Assembly: GCA_052034975.1 (NCBI GenBank) | Contig: JBPOIA010000021.1 | Coordinates: 702-64,701 of the forward strand | Source of the DNA: Candidatus Moraniibacteriota bacterium | GTDB lineage: Bacteria > Patescibacteriota > Minisyncoccia > Moranbacterales > UBA1568 | Direction: 5' to 3' | DNA: 64,000 nucleotides | In this document: piece by piece, positions 20,083-28,301 of the stretch | Layout: each line of letters starts with the position of its first letter | Position numbering within the stretch: position 1 is the first letter of the stretch | Notes under the pieces: generated by a model | Told to the model about the DNA's origin: nothing | What the model saw: the letters and a program-made list of their open reading frames with translations, nothing else | Databases searched by the model: none | Position numbers and translations under genes: made by a program

Positions 20083-21042
20083 ATGCGACATTTTGAAACA
20101 GAATTTCGCTCCCTTGAATACGTCATTTCCAAAGCTACGCGTATTCTCTTCGTGGCACATACCCGACCGGATGCGGATGCCGTCGGCGCGAATCTGGCGC
20201 TCGAAGAATACGCGCGCTCACGCGGCAAGCATACCGATGTCGCCTGTTACGATCCTTTTCCGGATACGCTGAGCAGCCTCGCGGAAAAAACTTTCTTTCA
20301 TCCGGATCAGCTCGACCTCACGAGCTACGATGCCGTTATCGCTTGCGACAGTGTGGATCGCGGCTTCCATACCATCCTCCCGCAACTTGCCGAACAGCAG
20401 GTGGTGGCGCTCATCGATCATCATCCAGACATTTCCATTTCTGGCGACATCGTCATCATCGATCCCGCATATTCGTCCTCATCAGAAATCGTCTACCACT
20501 TCCTTGTTTCCGTTGGTGCGCCTCTAACGAAACCAATGGCAACGATGCTCCTGATGGGAATCCTTTTCGACACCGGTGGATTTCAGCATTCAAATGTTTC
20601 ACCGCGAGTGATGGAGGTGGCCTCGGAGTTGATGCGAAAGGGTGCTCCACTTTCGAAAATCGCACAGATCATCTTTACGCACAAGAATATCGCAGCGCTC
20701 CGACTATGGGGCAAGGCGTTCGAAAAAGCCCGGTTCCGACCGGAAAACGGTATGCTCGTCACCGCTGTCACCGGACAAGACATCAGGGAATGCCGGGCGA
20801 CGGCCGAGGATGTCAACCAGGTCGCCTCCATTCTGAGCACCGTGCCGGACGCCAAATTCGCGCTTGTGCTTTCGGAACGAGATGATCGTACCATCCGTGC
20901 CAGTCTGCGCTCGATGGAACACCATCAGGTGGATGTCTCTGCCATCGCACACCGTTTCGGCGGCGGAGGACACACGCTTGCCAGCGGCTTCGAATTGCCG
21001 GGAAAAATTATAGAAACAGAAAACGGATTTGCAATCGCCTAG
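20083..21042 (+). CDS. nrnA: DHH-family oligoribonuclease / pAp phosphatase NrnA
   Basis: DHH motifs I-IV (HTRPDADAVG, IACDSVD, LIDHHPD, ILFDTGGF). DHHA1 motif GGGGH. Confidence 0.85.
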   Translation: MRHFETEFRSLEYVISKATRILFVAHTRPDADAVGANLALEEYARSRGKHTDVACYDPFPDTLSSLAEKTFFHPDQLDLTSYDAVIACDSVDRGFHTILPQLAEQQVVALIDHHPDISISGDIVIIDPAYSSSSEIVYHFLVSVGAPLTKPMATMLLMGILFDTGGFQHSNVSPRVMEVASELMRKGAPLSKIAQIIFTHKNIAALRLWGKAFEKARFRPENGMLVTAVTGQDIRECRATAEDVNQVASILSTVPDAKFALVLSERDDRTIRASLRSMEHHQVDVSAIAHRFGGGGHTLASGFELPGKIIETENGFAIA

Positions 21043-21108
21043 GTTCTCCATTTTCCCAAAAAAGATTTATCAATGCTTTTTTCGACGAACGGATATCGGA
21101 AGAAAATT

Positions 21109-21693
21109 ATGGATAAGCAAGCGGCACTCGATGCGCTGAACAAAAAAATGATACGGGAATGCGCCTGTACACTGAAAAATCAGTGTCTGCAAGCCGTTCC
21201 GGGCGACGGCAGCGCTGAAGCGGAGATCCTTTTTGTCGGCGAAGCCCCGGGAAAAAATGAGGACGAACAGGGAAAGCCGTTCGTTGGTGCGGCAGGGAAA
21301 TTCCTCTCGGAGATGCTTTTGAGCATCGGTCTCGGGCGTGAAGACATCTATATAACGAATGTCGTGAAATACCGCCCGCCGAATAATCGCGATCCGAACC
21401 CCGAAGAGATCGAATCCTGTATGCCTTGGCTCCACGAGCAGATACGAGTCATCCAGCCACGCGTCATTGTCACGCTCGGTCGGCATGCACTCGAGCATTT
21501 CGTGCCTGGGAAAAAAATTTCTGAAGCGCACGGCCGAGCGTTCCGGCGGATATTCCCAGATATCGGCGAACAGGTTTTTTTTGCGCTGTACCATCCGGCG
21601 GCCGCACTGTATAACGGCGGTATGCGGAAAACTCTGCTGGATGATTTCAAAAAGATTCCCAAAATGATCGAAAAAATCAAAAGAGAGAAATAA
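21109..21693 (+). CDS. Uracil-DNA glycosylase, family 4
   Basis: ECACTLKNQC (Fe-S Cys pattern), GEAPGKNEDEQGKPFVGAAGK and ITNVVKYRPP are family-4 UDG motifs. Start taken at MDKQ; the track ORF starts at 21073. Confidence 0.8.
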   Translation: MDKQAALDALNKKMIRECACTLKNQCLQAVPGDGSAEAEILFVGEAPGKNEDEQGKPFVGAAGKFLSEMLLSIGLGREDIYITNVVKYRPPNNRDPNPEEIESCMPWLHEQIRVIQPRVIVTLGRHALEHFVPGKKISEAHGRAFRRIFPDIGEQVFFALYHPAAALYNGGMRKTLLDDFKKIPKMIEKIKREK

Positions 21694-21705
21694 TCTTTCG
21701 GACCT

Positions 21706-22332
21706 ATGTTCAAACTGACACGCCAAGAGCTCTCGATACTGCGCCCGCTCACCACTCCACGTAAGGTGCAGGATTTTTTGGAACAACTCCCGAGCAACTT
21801 GTCGCGATACAGCGATTCGTGCTCTTCACCGCGTATGGCGCTCCGCAAAGGACGTGCGCACTGTATTGAAGGGGCGTTCATCGCGGCGACGGCATTCTGG
21901 TTAAACAAGAGAGAGCCACTCCTCCTCGACCTCAAAGCTCAGTCGCCGGACTTCGATCATGTCGTAACCCTTTTCAAAGAAAATGGTCTTTGGGGTGCTG
22001 TGAGCAAAAGCAATCATCCCGTGCTTCGCTACCGTGATCCTATCTATCGCACCGTGCGAGAACTGGCTCTTTCATACTTTCACGAATATATTCTGCCTGA
22101 AACGGGAGAAAAGACGCTTCGCAGCTTTTCCCGCCCATTCTCGCTCAAACGTTTCGGAAAAGACTGGGTTACTTCCGAACAACACCTGTGGGATATCGCT
22201 TTCGCGCTTGATCAATCGCCGCATTGTCAAATCTTTCCCAAAGGAACAGAAAAACGCCTCAGGAAAGCCTCGAAAATAGAACGGCAAGCGGTACGTATGA
22301 AAGAATGGAAGCTTTCTGATCCGGGAACATAA
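21706..22332 (+). CDS. Hypothetical protein with a possible transglutaminase/papain-like Cys-His-Asp core
   Basis: GRAHCIEGAFIAATAF ... DFDHVV ... WGAVS matches a TGase-like catalytic-triad order. Weak call. Confidence 0.4.
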   Translation: MFKLTRQELSILRPLTTPRKVQDFLEQLPSNLSRYSDSCSSPRMALRKGRAHCIEGAFIAATAFWLNKREPLLLDLKAQSPDFDHVVTLFKENGLWGAVSKSNHPVLRYRDPIYRTVRELALSYFHEYILPETGEKTLRSFSRPFSLKRFGKDWVTSEQHLWDIAFALDQSPHCQIFPKGTEKRLRKASKIERQAVRMKEWKLSDPGT

Positions 22333-22354
22333 AATCCTTTTCTCAAGCCAAAAA

Positions 22355-22382
22355 AAAACAGCTTAAATGCTGTTTTTTGCTT
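22355..22382 (+). terminator. Intrinsic terminator
   Basis: CAGC ttaaat GCTG followed by TTTTTTGCTTT. Confidence 0.5.
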
Positions 22383-22411
22383 TATATAAGCAATTTATTT
22401 CATATTTACTC

Positions 22412-22441
22412 TTGACGAAAACAGAAAAATATGCTAGTATA
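22412..22441 (+). promoter_or_regulatory. Sigma70-like promoter for the 3D-domain gene
   Basis: TTGACG - 17 nt - TAGTAT. A GC hairpin (GCCTC...GAGGC) sits in the ~60-nt leader. Confidence 0.5.
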
Positions 22442-22507
22442 TACGGTTGGCTGAAATGCTAGCCTCTCGTCTCTTCGGAGGCGGAAGTTTATTCCTAATC
22501 ATACGCT

Positions 22508-23059
22508 ATGGGTGCACGAAAAGGATTTCTTTTCGCGATAGCTGTACTGATAAGCATTCTCTCCACGATAAACACCGCGCAGGCTCAGGTTGAGAACGAA
22601 CTGCCGCTTTCCTCCGGATATGATTACCGGAACGATCCGTATCTCCTTGAATGGACCTTCGTGATCGAGAACCGGAACGGCCATTCCGTACTGACGGAAA
22701 CCGAATCCCGCGAAAACAAAACGCTGTCTCGCTGGAAGGAAAAGCAGGCTCGCCTGTGGAAAAGTCTGCCGACCGAACCGTTTATCATCAACGCGTCTGC
22801 CTATACGGCGGCGGCCGATGAATGCGGTAAGAGCGACGGTGTCACGGCTTCGGGATTGAAAGTAGCTGAAAACCGAACGCTTGCCTGTCCGCCCGCGTTT
22901 CCGTTTGGAACAAAAATCGCTATCGAGGGTATGGGCGAATATCGCTGCGAAGATCGCGGCGGGGCTATCAAAGGCAACAAGATCGACATCTATATGGAAA
23001 CCAAAAAAGAGGCCTTTTCTTTCGGTCGCCGGAACCTGGTTGCCGAAGTTGTGAAATAA
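22508..23059 (+). CDS. Secreted 3D-domain (MltA/YuiC-like) cell-wall-binding / lytic transglycosylase-like protein
   Basis: Signal peptide. C-terminal 3D domain with three conserved Asp (SAYTAAADECGKSDG ... GTKIAIEGMGEYRCEDRGGAIKGNKIDIYM). Confidence 0.7.
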   Translation: MGARKGFLFAIAVLISILSTINTAQAQVENELPLSSGYDYRNDPYLLEWTFVIENRNGHSVLTETESRENKTLSRWKEKQARLWKSLPTEPFIINASAYTAAADECGKSDGVTASGLKVAENRTLACPPAFPFGTKIAIEGMGEYRCEDRGGAIKGNKIDIYMETKKEAFSFGRRNLVAEVVK

Positions 23060-23146
23060 AGGCACAAGAATCCCCCTTTGCCGGGGGATTTTTGATTGAC
23101 GCAGCAGGACCTATTTGATAGGCTTTGAGAGTGTTATTCAACGAAT

Positions 23147-23217
23147 GGTCGCGTGGCCGAGTGGTGAGGCACGGGTCTGCAAAACCCTTTACCCCGGTTC
23201 AATTCCGGGCGCGACCT
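23147..23217 (+). tRNA. tRNA-Cys (anticodon GCA)
   Basis: Acceptor GGTCGCG/CGCGACC. Anticodon loop CTGCAAA. T-arm CCCGGTTCAATTCCGGG. Confidence 0.8.
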
Positions 23218-23267
23218 CAAAACATGGTGTACTCGGAATATTTATATACTTACTCGTATACCAAAAT

Positions 23268-23738
23268 ATGAAACCGAGGAGCTGGACCAAGAACGATTTA
23301 AAAATAGCCGTCAAGAAATCAAAAAGTGTTCGGCAGGTTCTTTTTTGTCTCGGGTTGATTCCTGCTGGTGGAAACTATACGCAAATACAAAAATTTCTGT
23401 CGCTATACAATATAAGCACACGACACTTTACTGGACGCGGTTGGAGCAAGGGCCTACGCGGCATAGGGAAACCAAAAATCGATTTGAATGACATCTTGGT
23501 ACGAAACAGCAGTTTTCAAAGTTTCAAGCTAAAGAAAAGATTGTTCAATGCAAAACTGAAACCTCAACACTGCGAAGAGTGCGGGTGGAAGAAAAAATCT
23601 GAAGACGGGAGACTTCCACTTGAATTGGACCACATCAATGGTGATAGCTCGGACAATCGACTAGAAAACCTCCGTGTTCTTTGCCCGAATTGCCATAGTT
23701 TAAAACCGACACATCGTGGAAGAAACCGAAAAAGATAA
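23268..23738 (+). CDS. HNH endonuclease (homing-endonuclease-like)
   Basis: AT-rich ORF. C-terminal HNH motif HCEECGW...ELDHINGDSSDNRLENLRVLCPNCH. The track ORF (23115) runs through tRNA-Cys; start taken at MKPRSW. Confidence 0.75.
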   Translation: MKPRSWTKNDLKIAVKKSKSVRQVLFCLGLIPAGGNYTQIQKFLSLYNISTRHFTGRGWSKGLRGIGKPKIDLNDILVRNSSFQSFKLKKRLFNAKLKPQHCEECGWKKKSEDGRLPLELDHINGDSSDNRLENLRVLCPNCHSLKPTHRGRNRKR

Positions 23739-23749
23739 AGAATAAACAA

Positions 23750-23834
23750 GGGTCAGTGGCGAAATTGGCATACGCACGGCACTTAAGATGCTGCGCCGAA
23801 AGGCTTGTGGGTTCGAGTCCCACCTGACCCACCA
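23750..23834 (+). tRNA. tRNA-Leu (anticodon TAA), long variable arm, CCA encoded
   Basis: Acceptor GGGTCAG/CTGACCC. Anticodon loop CTTAAGA. Variable arm GCCGAAAGGC. T-arm GTGGGTTCGAGTCCCAC. ACCA at the 3' end. Confidence 0.85.
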
Positions 23835-23928
23835 AAATTTTTCTTGCTTTTTTTTGTCTTTTTTGTTATACCGATACATCGCCCGCTGGCGATATTTCAT
23901 CACACGCACTTTAAAAAAAGGAGTCTCT

Positions 23929-24684
23929 ATGAAACCTCTTGCGGCGGTTCTGGTCTTCGCATCTGTCATTTCATCGATAGCCACATCCTCTGTCCAAGCA
24001 GAGAAATTGCCGGGAGAAGTTATCGAAATGAAGCAGCGGTTTTCCCAAGAAGTCGGCTCTGTCCTGGTTGAAGAAGAGCGCGAAAAGGCCCTCCTGCAAC
24101 AGGTGACGCGGATTTTTTCTTCCGAACAAGGAACATCATTTCGGGCTTCACAATATTTTCTCTTGGCTGATCGCAATCCGAATTCCCAGATTGTGGCTCT
24201 CATATTTTTTGACGAAAAAACGGGGGAGTCACACATTATCGGCATACACAAAACCTCGACCGGCAACCCGAACCGTGTCGGGTTTTACGAAACGCCGGTG
24301 GGTGTTTTCAAGAACACTCCTGCTCATATGAGCTACCGGGCACTGGGCACCAAAAACAAAAAAGGGTGGCGCGGTTTTGGGGCGAAAGGAAGTCGGGTAT
24401 GGGATTTGGGCTGGCAGGAAAGCCGTCACCCAAAAGGCGGGCCGATCCATATCCGCCTCTTGGTCCACGCGACTGATCCGGATTTTGGCGAACCGAAACT
24501 CGGCACGCCGGACTCCAAAGGATGCATCCGCATTTCCGCAAAACTCAACCGGTTCCTCGATTATTACGGCATCCTCGATAGCGCCTATGAAGAAAACGTG
24601 CGTGGAAAACACGTTCTCCTCCGACATCGCGAACCAGCGGCATTTGCCGGAAGCTTTATTGTTGTCGTCGATTCCCGCGGGTGA
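23929..24684 (+). CDS. Secreted L,D-transpeptidase (YkuD-fold) family protein
   Basis: AAAGGAG RBS. Signal peptide. Catalytic motif HATDPDFGEPKLGTPDSKGCIRIS (H...S.GC[IV]R). Confidence 0.65.
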   Translation: MKPLAAVLVFASVISSIATSSVQAEKLPGEVIEMKQRFSQEVGSVLVEEEREKALLQQVTRIFSSEQGTSFRASQYFLLADRNPNSQIVALIFFDEKTGESHIIGIHKTSTGNPNRVGFYETPVGVFKNTPAHMSYRALGTKNKKGWRGFGAKGSRVWDLGWQESRHPKGGPIHIRLLVHATDPDFGEPKLGTPDSKGCIRISAKLNRFLDYYGILDSAYEENVRGKHVLLRHREPAAFAGSFIVVVDSRG

Positions 24685-24715
24685 TCCATCGCATAAAAAA
24701 TTTCAAGCGTCTCCG
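24685..24715 (+). terminator. Intrinsic terminator
   Basis: AAGCGTCTC cgatac GAGACGCTT followed by TTTTTTCTTT. Confidence 0.55.
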
Positions 24716-24869
24716 ATACGAGACGCTTTTTTTCTTTGATTTTTCCGACCAGGCTAACTCATTGATCGGTGTTGGGAAAGAATTTTTTAAATGGCAAGAA
24801 CAAGCCCTAAACAGAGCTTGTTTTTGCTTGAGCGGAGCAGTGGCTACGGTAAGAACTGAATCTAAACGA

Positions 24870-24960
24870 ATAATTCATATGTAACATAATTTATATTATA
24901 TTTAACATATGTGACATATTGACTTATTTGTACACATATGTTAACATCTAGACATATGAA
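24870..24960 (+). promoter_or_regulatory. Promoter with four ACATATGT-type palindromic operator repeats upstream of and overlapping the toxin-antitoxin operon
   Basis: CATATG cores at approximately 24876, 24906, 24935 and 24953. Putative -35 TTGACT and -10 TAACAT 17 nt apart lie between them. Confidence 0.5.
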
Positions 24961-25216
24961 TACAACAAACTACCAATCAGAAGATCTTCTTTCTACAACC
25001 CAAGTAGCTAAAATTTTGGGTGTCAGCCGTTTTGCGGTGTTTCAAAGAATTAAACGCGGGTCGCTTTTGGCTAAAAAAATTGGCAGAAACTACCTCATTC
25101 GCTACGGCGATTTGATGGGAAACCTCAACGAAAAAGATAAACAAACAATCGAACAGGCCGTCAAACAAGCTGTTGAAGAATATGGCGAGGCCTTCAAATT
25201 GCTTGGCAAGGAATAG
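24956..25216 (+). CDS. Excisionase/MerR-type HTH DNA-binding protein, putative antitoxin
   Basis: LSTTQVAKILGVSRFAVFQRIKRGSL HTH. Ends three nt before the Doc gene. Start taken at MNTTNYQ, possibly leaderless. Confidence 0.6.
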   Translation: MNTTNYQSEDLLSTTQVAKILGVSRFAVFQRIKRGSLLAKKIGRNYLIRYGDLMGNLNEKDKQTIEQAVKQAVEEYGEAFKLLGKE

Positions 25217-25218
25217 AT

Positions 25219-25656
25219 ATGAAGTATCTCTCGGTTTCTGAAATTGAATATGTGGCCCATACGCTTGCCAAAGAATTAATGTCTTGGAACGAACCAATTC
25301 CTGATTTTCAAAGCAGATATCCAAATAAACTCGAGGCTTGTTTAGCTGCGCCTCGGCAAACTTTTGATAAAAAGCAACTTTATCCAAGAATTTACAGGAA
25401 GGGCTCAATTTTATTTTATCTTATAATCAAGGATCATCCTTTTCAAAATGGAAATAAACGTATAGCCGTCATGACGTTACTTTACTTTCTTCATAAAAAT
25501 GGGAAATGGTTGAAAATCGACAATCAGCAACTTTATAACTTTGCTAAATGGATCGCGGCAAGCGACCCGACCGTTAAAGAGCAAGTGTTAGGGGCTATAT
25601 ATGAAATTTTAAGAAAATATTCTGTTACACGAGAAAATCCTGAAGAAAAAAATTAG
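25219..25656 (+). CDS. doc: Doc (death-on-curing) / Fic-family toxin
   Basis: Doc signature HPFQNGNKR (Hx[FY]x[DN]GNKR). Confidence 0.75.
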   Translation: MKYLSVSEIEYVAHTLAKELMSWNEPIPDFQSRYPNKLEACLAAPRQTFDKKQLYPRIYRKGSILFYLIIKDHPFQNGNKRIAVMTLLYFLHKNGKWLKIDNQQLYNFAKWIAASDPTVKEQVLGAIYEILRKYSVTRENPEEKN

Positions 25657-25703
25657 ATATAAATTAAAAACCACCCAAATCGGGGTGGTTTTAAATTACT
25701 TTG

Positions 25704-25775
25704 AGCGGGTAACGGGAGTCGAACCCGTATCTTAACCTTGGCAAGGTCACATAATAGCCGCTATACGATACCCGC
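25704..25775 (-). tRNA. tRNA-Gly (anticodon GCC)
   Basis: Reverse complement GCGGGTA...TGACC TTGCCAA GGTTA...ACGGGTTCGACTCCCGT TACCCGC. The D-stem is weak, so this may be divergent. Confidence 0.6.
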
Positions 25776-25853
25776 TTATGCCTCGCTCCGACGAGGAAGA
25801 TCGTCTAAAACGCATTGCTCACTATAACTGAAAAACCTCTCTTTGGCAACCGG

Positions 25854-25925
25854 TGGGACTGGCAGGGATCGAACCTGCGACCAAGCGGTTATGAGCCGCG
25901 CGCTCTACCACTGAGCTACAGTCCC
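25854..25925 (-). tRNA. tRNA with CAT anticodon (elongator Met, or Ile2 via TilS lysidinylation)
   Basis: Reverse complement GGGACTG TA GCTCAGTGGTAGAGC ... CTCATAA ... GCAGGTTCGATCCCTGC CAGTCCC. G1-C72 is paired, so this is not the initiator. Confidence 0.65.
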
Positions 25926-25973
25926 TCGGGGTCGAAACGGGTCTTTTGAACCACCCTTGACCCATATTCTGTG

Positions 25974-26045
<72 letters not shown>

Positions 26046-26096
26046 GTACTTTTGTACTTCGCTGATTGTAAAAGAAATGTCTCTAAAAATCAACTG

Positions 26097-26170
26097 TGGA
26101 CGATGCTGGACTCGAACCAGCGGCCCTCTCGGTGTAAACGAGATGCTCTAACCAACTGAGCTAATCGTCC
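26097..26170 (-). tRNA. tRNA-Val (anticodon TAC)
   Basis: Reverse complement GGACGAT TA GCTCAGTTGGTTAGAGC A TCTCG TTTACAC CGAGA ... GCTGGTTCGAGTCCAGC ATCGTCC. Confidence 0.85.
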
Positions 26171-26271
26171 GACAGATTCACTCGATACAAGTTTCTTTCA
26201 TTCTATCAAACAAAAAACCCTTCTTGAAAGGGTTCTGATGTCTAGGCCTCATCCATCCTTGTTTCGTTTTG

Positions 26272-26355
26272 TGCCCAGGAGAGGACTCGAACCTCCAATC
26301 CCTTGCGAGAACTAGCACCTCAAGCTAGCGCGTATACCAATTCCGCCACCTGGGC
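26272..26355 (-). tRNA. tRNA-Leu (anticodon GAG), long variable arm
   Basis: Reverse complement GCCCAGG TG GCGGAATTGGTATACGC G CTAGC TTGAGGT GCTAG + long arm + GGAGGTTCGAGTCCTCT CCTGGGC. Confidence 0.8.
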
Positions 26356-26396
26356 ATCATCGCCGACGACATCCGTACGACGGCAAAATTTTGAAA

Positions 26397-26846
26397 CTAC
26401 TTCTCGGCCGGAACTTCTTCGGCTGTCGGAACCTCTTCTTCGGTCGGGGCGACAGCTGGTTCGGTCGGCAACTCTTCCACAAGGCCGCTTTTCACGGCGA
26501 CCTCTTTCAGTTTCTTGCTCAATACCCTGACGGACTTCGTGCGGACGAAATACAGCTTGGCACGGCGGGTCCGGGTGCGTTTGACGAATTCGATTTTCTC
26601 GATCTGCGGTGAACTGAGCGGGAGGATCAACTCCACGCCGACACCGGAAGAAACCTTGCGGACGGTGATGGTCTTCGATGAACTCTGGCCGCCGTTTATG
26701 GCGATGATGGTTCCCTGAAAGGCCTGGATGCGTTCCTTGCCACCTTCTTTGATCCGACGATGGATCTTGATGACATCGCCAGCGCGCAGCTCCGTGTCCG
26801 TTACCGGCTTCCGCTGCTTCAGATTGAAAGAAATGAGTTTCTGGTG
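26397..26846 (-). CDS. rplS: 50S ribosomal protein L19 with a Glu/Pro-rich C-terminal extension
   Basis: MHQKLI...GDVIKIHRRIKEGGKERIQAFQGTIIAI...RRAKLYFVR is L19. About 35 extra C-terminal residues (PTEPAVAPTEEEVPTAEEVPAEK). Confidence 0.85.
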   Translation of the reverse strand, partial: HQKLISFNLKQRKPVTDTELRAGDVIKIHRRIKEGGKERIQAFQGTIIAINGGQSSSKTITVRKVSSGVGVELILPLSSPQIEKIEFVKRTRTRRAKLYFVRTKSVRVLSKKLKEVAVKSGLVEELPTEPAVAPTEEEVPTAEEVPAEK

Positions 26847-27027
26847 CATAAGATTTCCGCGACTTAACATTATTGAAAAACGAAACGGCCGGCTTGGCCG
26901 AAACGAAAGAAAAGCTTGTGATTATCCCAAAAAGAGGCTTTTCAAGGCCTCACCATCATAGCTCGTCTCTTTCATTTCGTCAACCCCACACCAAAGAAAA
27001 CGTCGGGCGCACAGATACTATCCCGCC

Positions 27028-28041
27028 CTATAAGCCATCTGTTTCCTGAAACAATTTCAAGGTCTGCGTAGGATCAATCTCTTGAAGAACTTTCCGAAAA
27101 TCTTCCGGCAGAGGATCGGAAAAAGCATACGTTCGGTCAAAAAGTTCCCATTCCAACCGCCACGCGTGAAGCAATTGCCGTGACGGAAAAAAGGTTTTTT
27201 CACGACGGATGGATTTGAATACATAGAGCTTGTCCCCGACAACCGGGTGCCCAAGCGAAGCGAGGTGGACGCGAATCTGGTGTGTCCGGCCGGTATGTGG
27301 AAACGCGAGTACGAGATCGAATTCCCCGTATCGTGCCAAAACGCGATATTCTGTCACGGCATACCGAATCGTCGCGGAATCGTCTTCTTTTTGGGCGATA
27401 CGACGCTTGAGTTCGCCGGAGCGTCTGATGAGCGGTTTATCAATCACTCCGGAACATTCCGGCATATGCCCGTACACGAGCGCGATATAGGTCTTTTTTA
27501 CGGCCCGCTTCTGGAATTGTTCTTTGAGTGCCGAAAAGCTGGCTGCTGTTTTCGGAATGACAACGATGCCTGATGTTTCGCGGTCCAGTCTGTGTACGAT
27601 ACCCGGACGCGTGGCGTCTTCTCCGACATCGCGAATATCCGGAAAATGCACCTTGAGCCAATCCGTAAGTGTGTCGCCGGTTTGTCGGCGGGCTGGATGC
27701 ATCTGAACGCCGGCCGGCTTGGACAGAACAAGGAGTAAGTCGTTTTCAAAGATGACTCGGGGAGCGAGCTGTCCGATATCCGAAAGCACTTCCGATGATT
27801 CCGATCGAAAGATCTCTTCGTTTATATCGATGCGATCCGCTCCACGGACAAGGGTGCCGGGCTTTGCCGGAGCACCATTAAGAAACACTTTCTTTTCCCT
27901 GATGCAACGCGTCACGAAAGCGCGAGAAAAAACACCTTGGCCGTATTCCTCGTCGAGAAGCGTATGAAGCGCCTTGTCCAAACGAACGTCTTGTATGGCG
28001 CGCGGAACGATGAAAAGAAATTTTTGGAAATTCGGTTGCAT
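27028..28041 (-). CDS. RluA-family pseudouridine synthase (RluD-like)
   Basis: S4-like N-terminus. Catalytic motif HRLDRETSGIVVIPKT. Confidence 0.8.
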   Translation of the reverse strand: MQPNFQKFLFIVPRAIQDVRLDKALHTLLDEEYGQGVFSRAFVTRCIREKKVFLNGAPAKPGTLVRGADRIDINEEIFRSESSEVLSDIGQLAPRVIFENDLLLVLSKPAGVQMHPARRQTGDTLTDWLKVHFPDIRDVGEDATRPGIVHRLDRETSGIVVIPKTAASFSALKEQFQKRAVKKTYIALVYGHMPECSGVIDKPLIRRSGELKRRIAQKEDDSATIRYAVTEYRVLARYGEFDLVLAFPHTGRTHQIRVHLASLGHPVVGDKLYVFKSIRREKTFFPSRQLLHAWRLEWELFDRTYAFSDPLPEDFRKVLQEIDPTQTLKLFQETDGL

Positions 28042-28227
28042 ATGGCTGGTTTCAGTATACACAAAAAACAAGATTTCTTTTTAGCGCATTCTCGCGGAAG
28101 AAGCAAATTGGCCCGATTTTTTAATACAAAAATTGTGTTTTGATATGAAAAAAGTACACTATATATTGTTGAAAATGTGTTTTTCTTATCATTTTTGGGT
28201 CGTTTTTGAGGCTTAAACAGGGGCTAT

Positions 28228-28258
28228 TTGACAGGGTGTTTTTCGCCCCTTATCATAG
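28228..28258 (+). promoter_or_regulatory. Sigma70-like promoter for the peroxiredoxin gene
   Basis: TTGACA - 17 nt - TATCAT. Confidence 0.45.
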
Positions 28259-28301
28259 TGTGGCGATACGTCGCAAAAATAATTTCATCACACAAAAAAG
28301 T

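Noticed and set aside
22443-22507. c-di-AMP (ydaO-type) riboswitch upstream of the 3D-domain cell-wall gene.
   Set aside because: The leader between the predicted -10 and the start codon is only ~60 nt, too short for the ~120-nt ydaO aptamer. Only a simple GC hairpin is visible.
23115-23267. N-terminal extension of the HNH ORF, and ORF 23788..23928 extending the L,D-transpeptidase gene.
   Set aside because: Both extensions run straight through well-formed tRNA genes (Cys and Leu). Internal Met codons with better context are used instead: MKPRSW, and an AAAGGAG RBS before MKPLAA.
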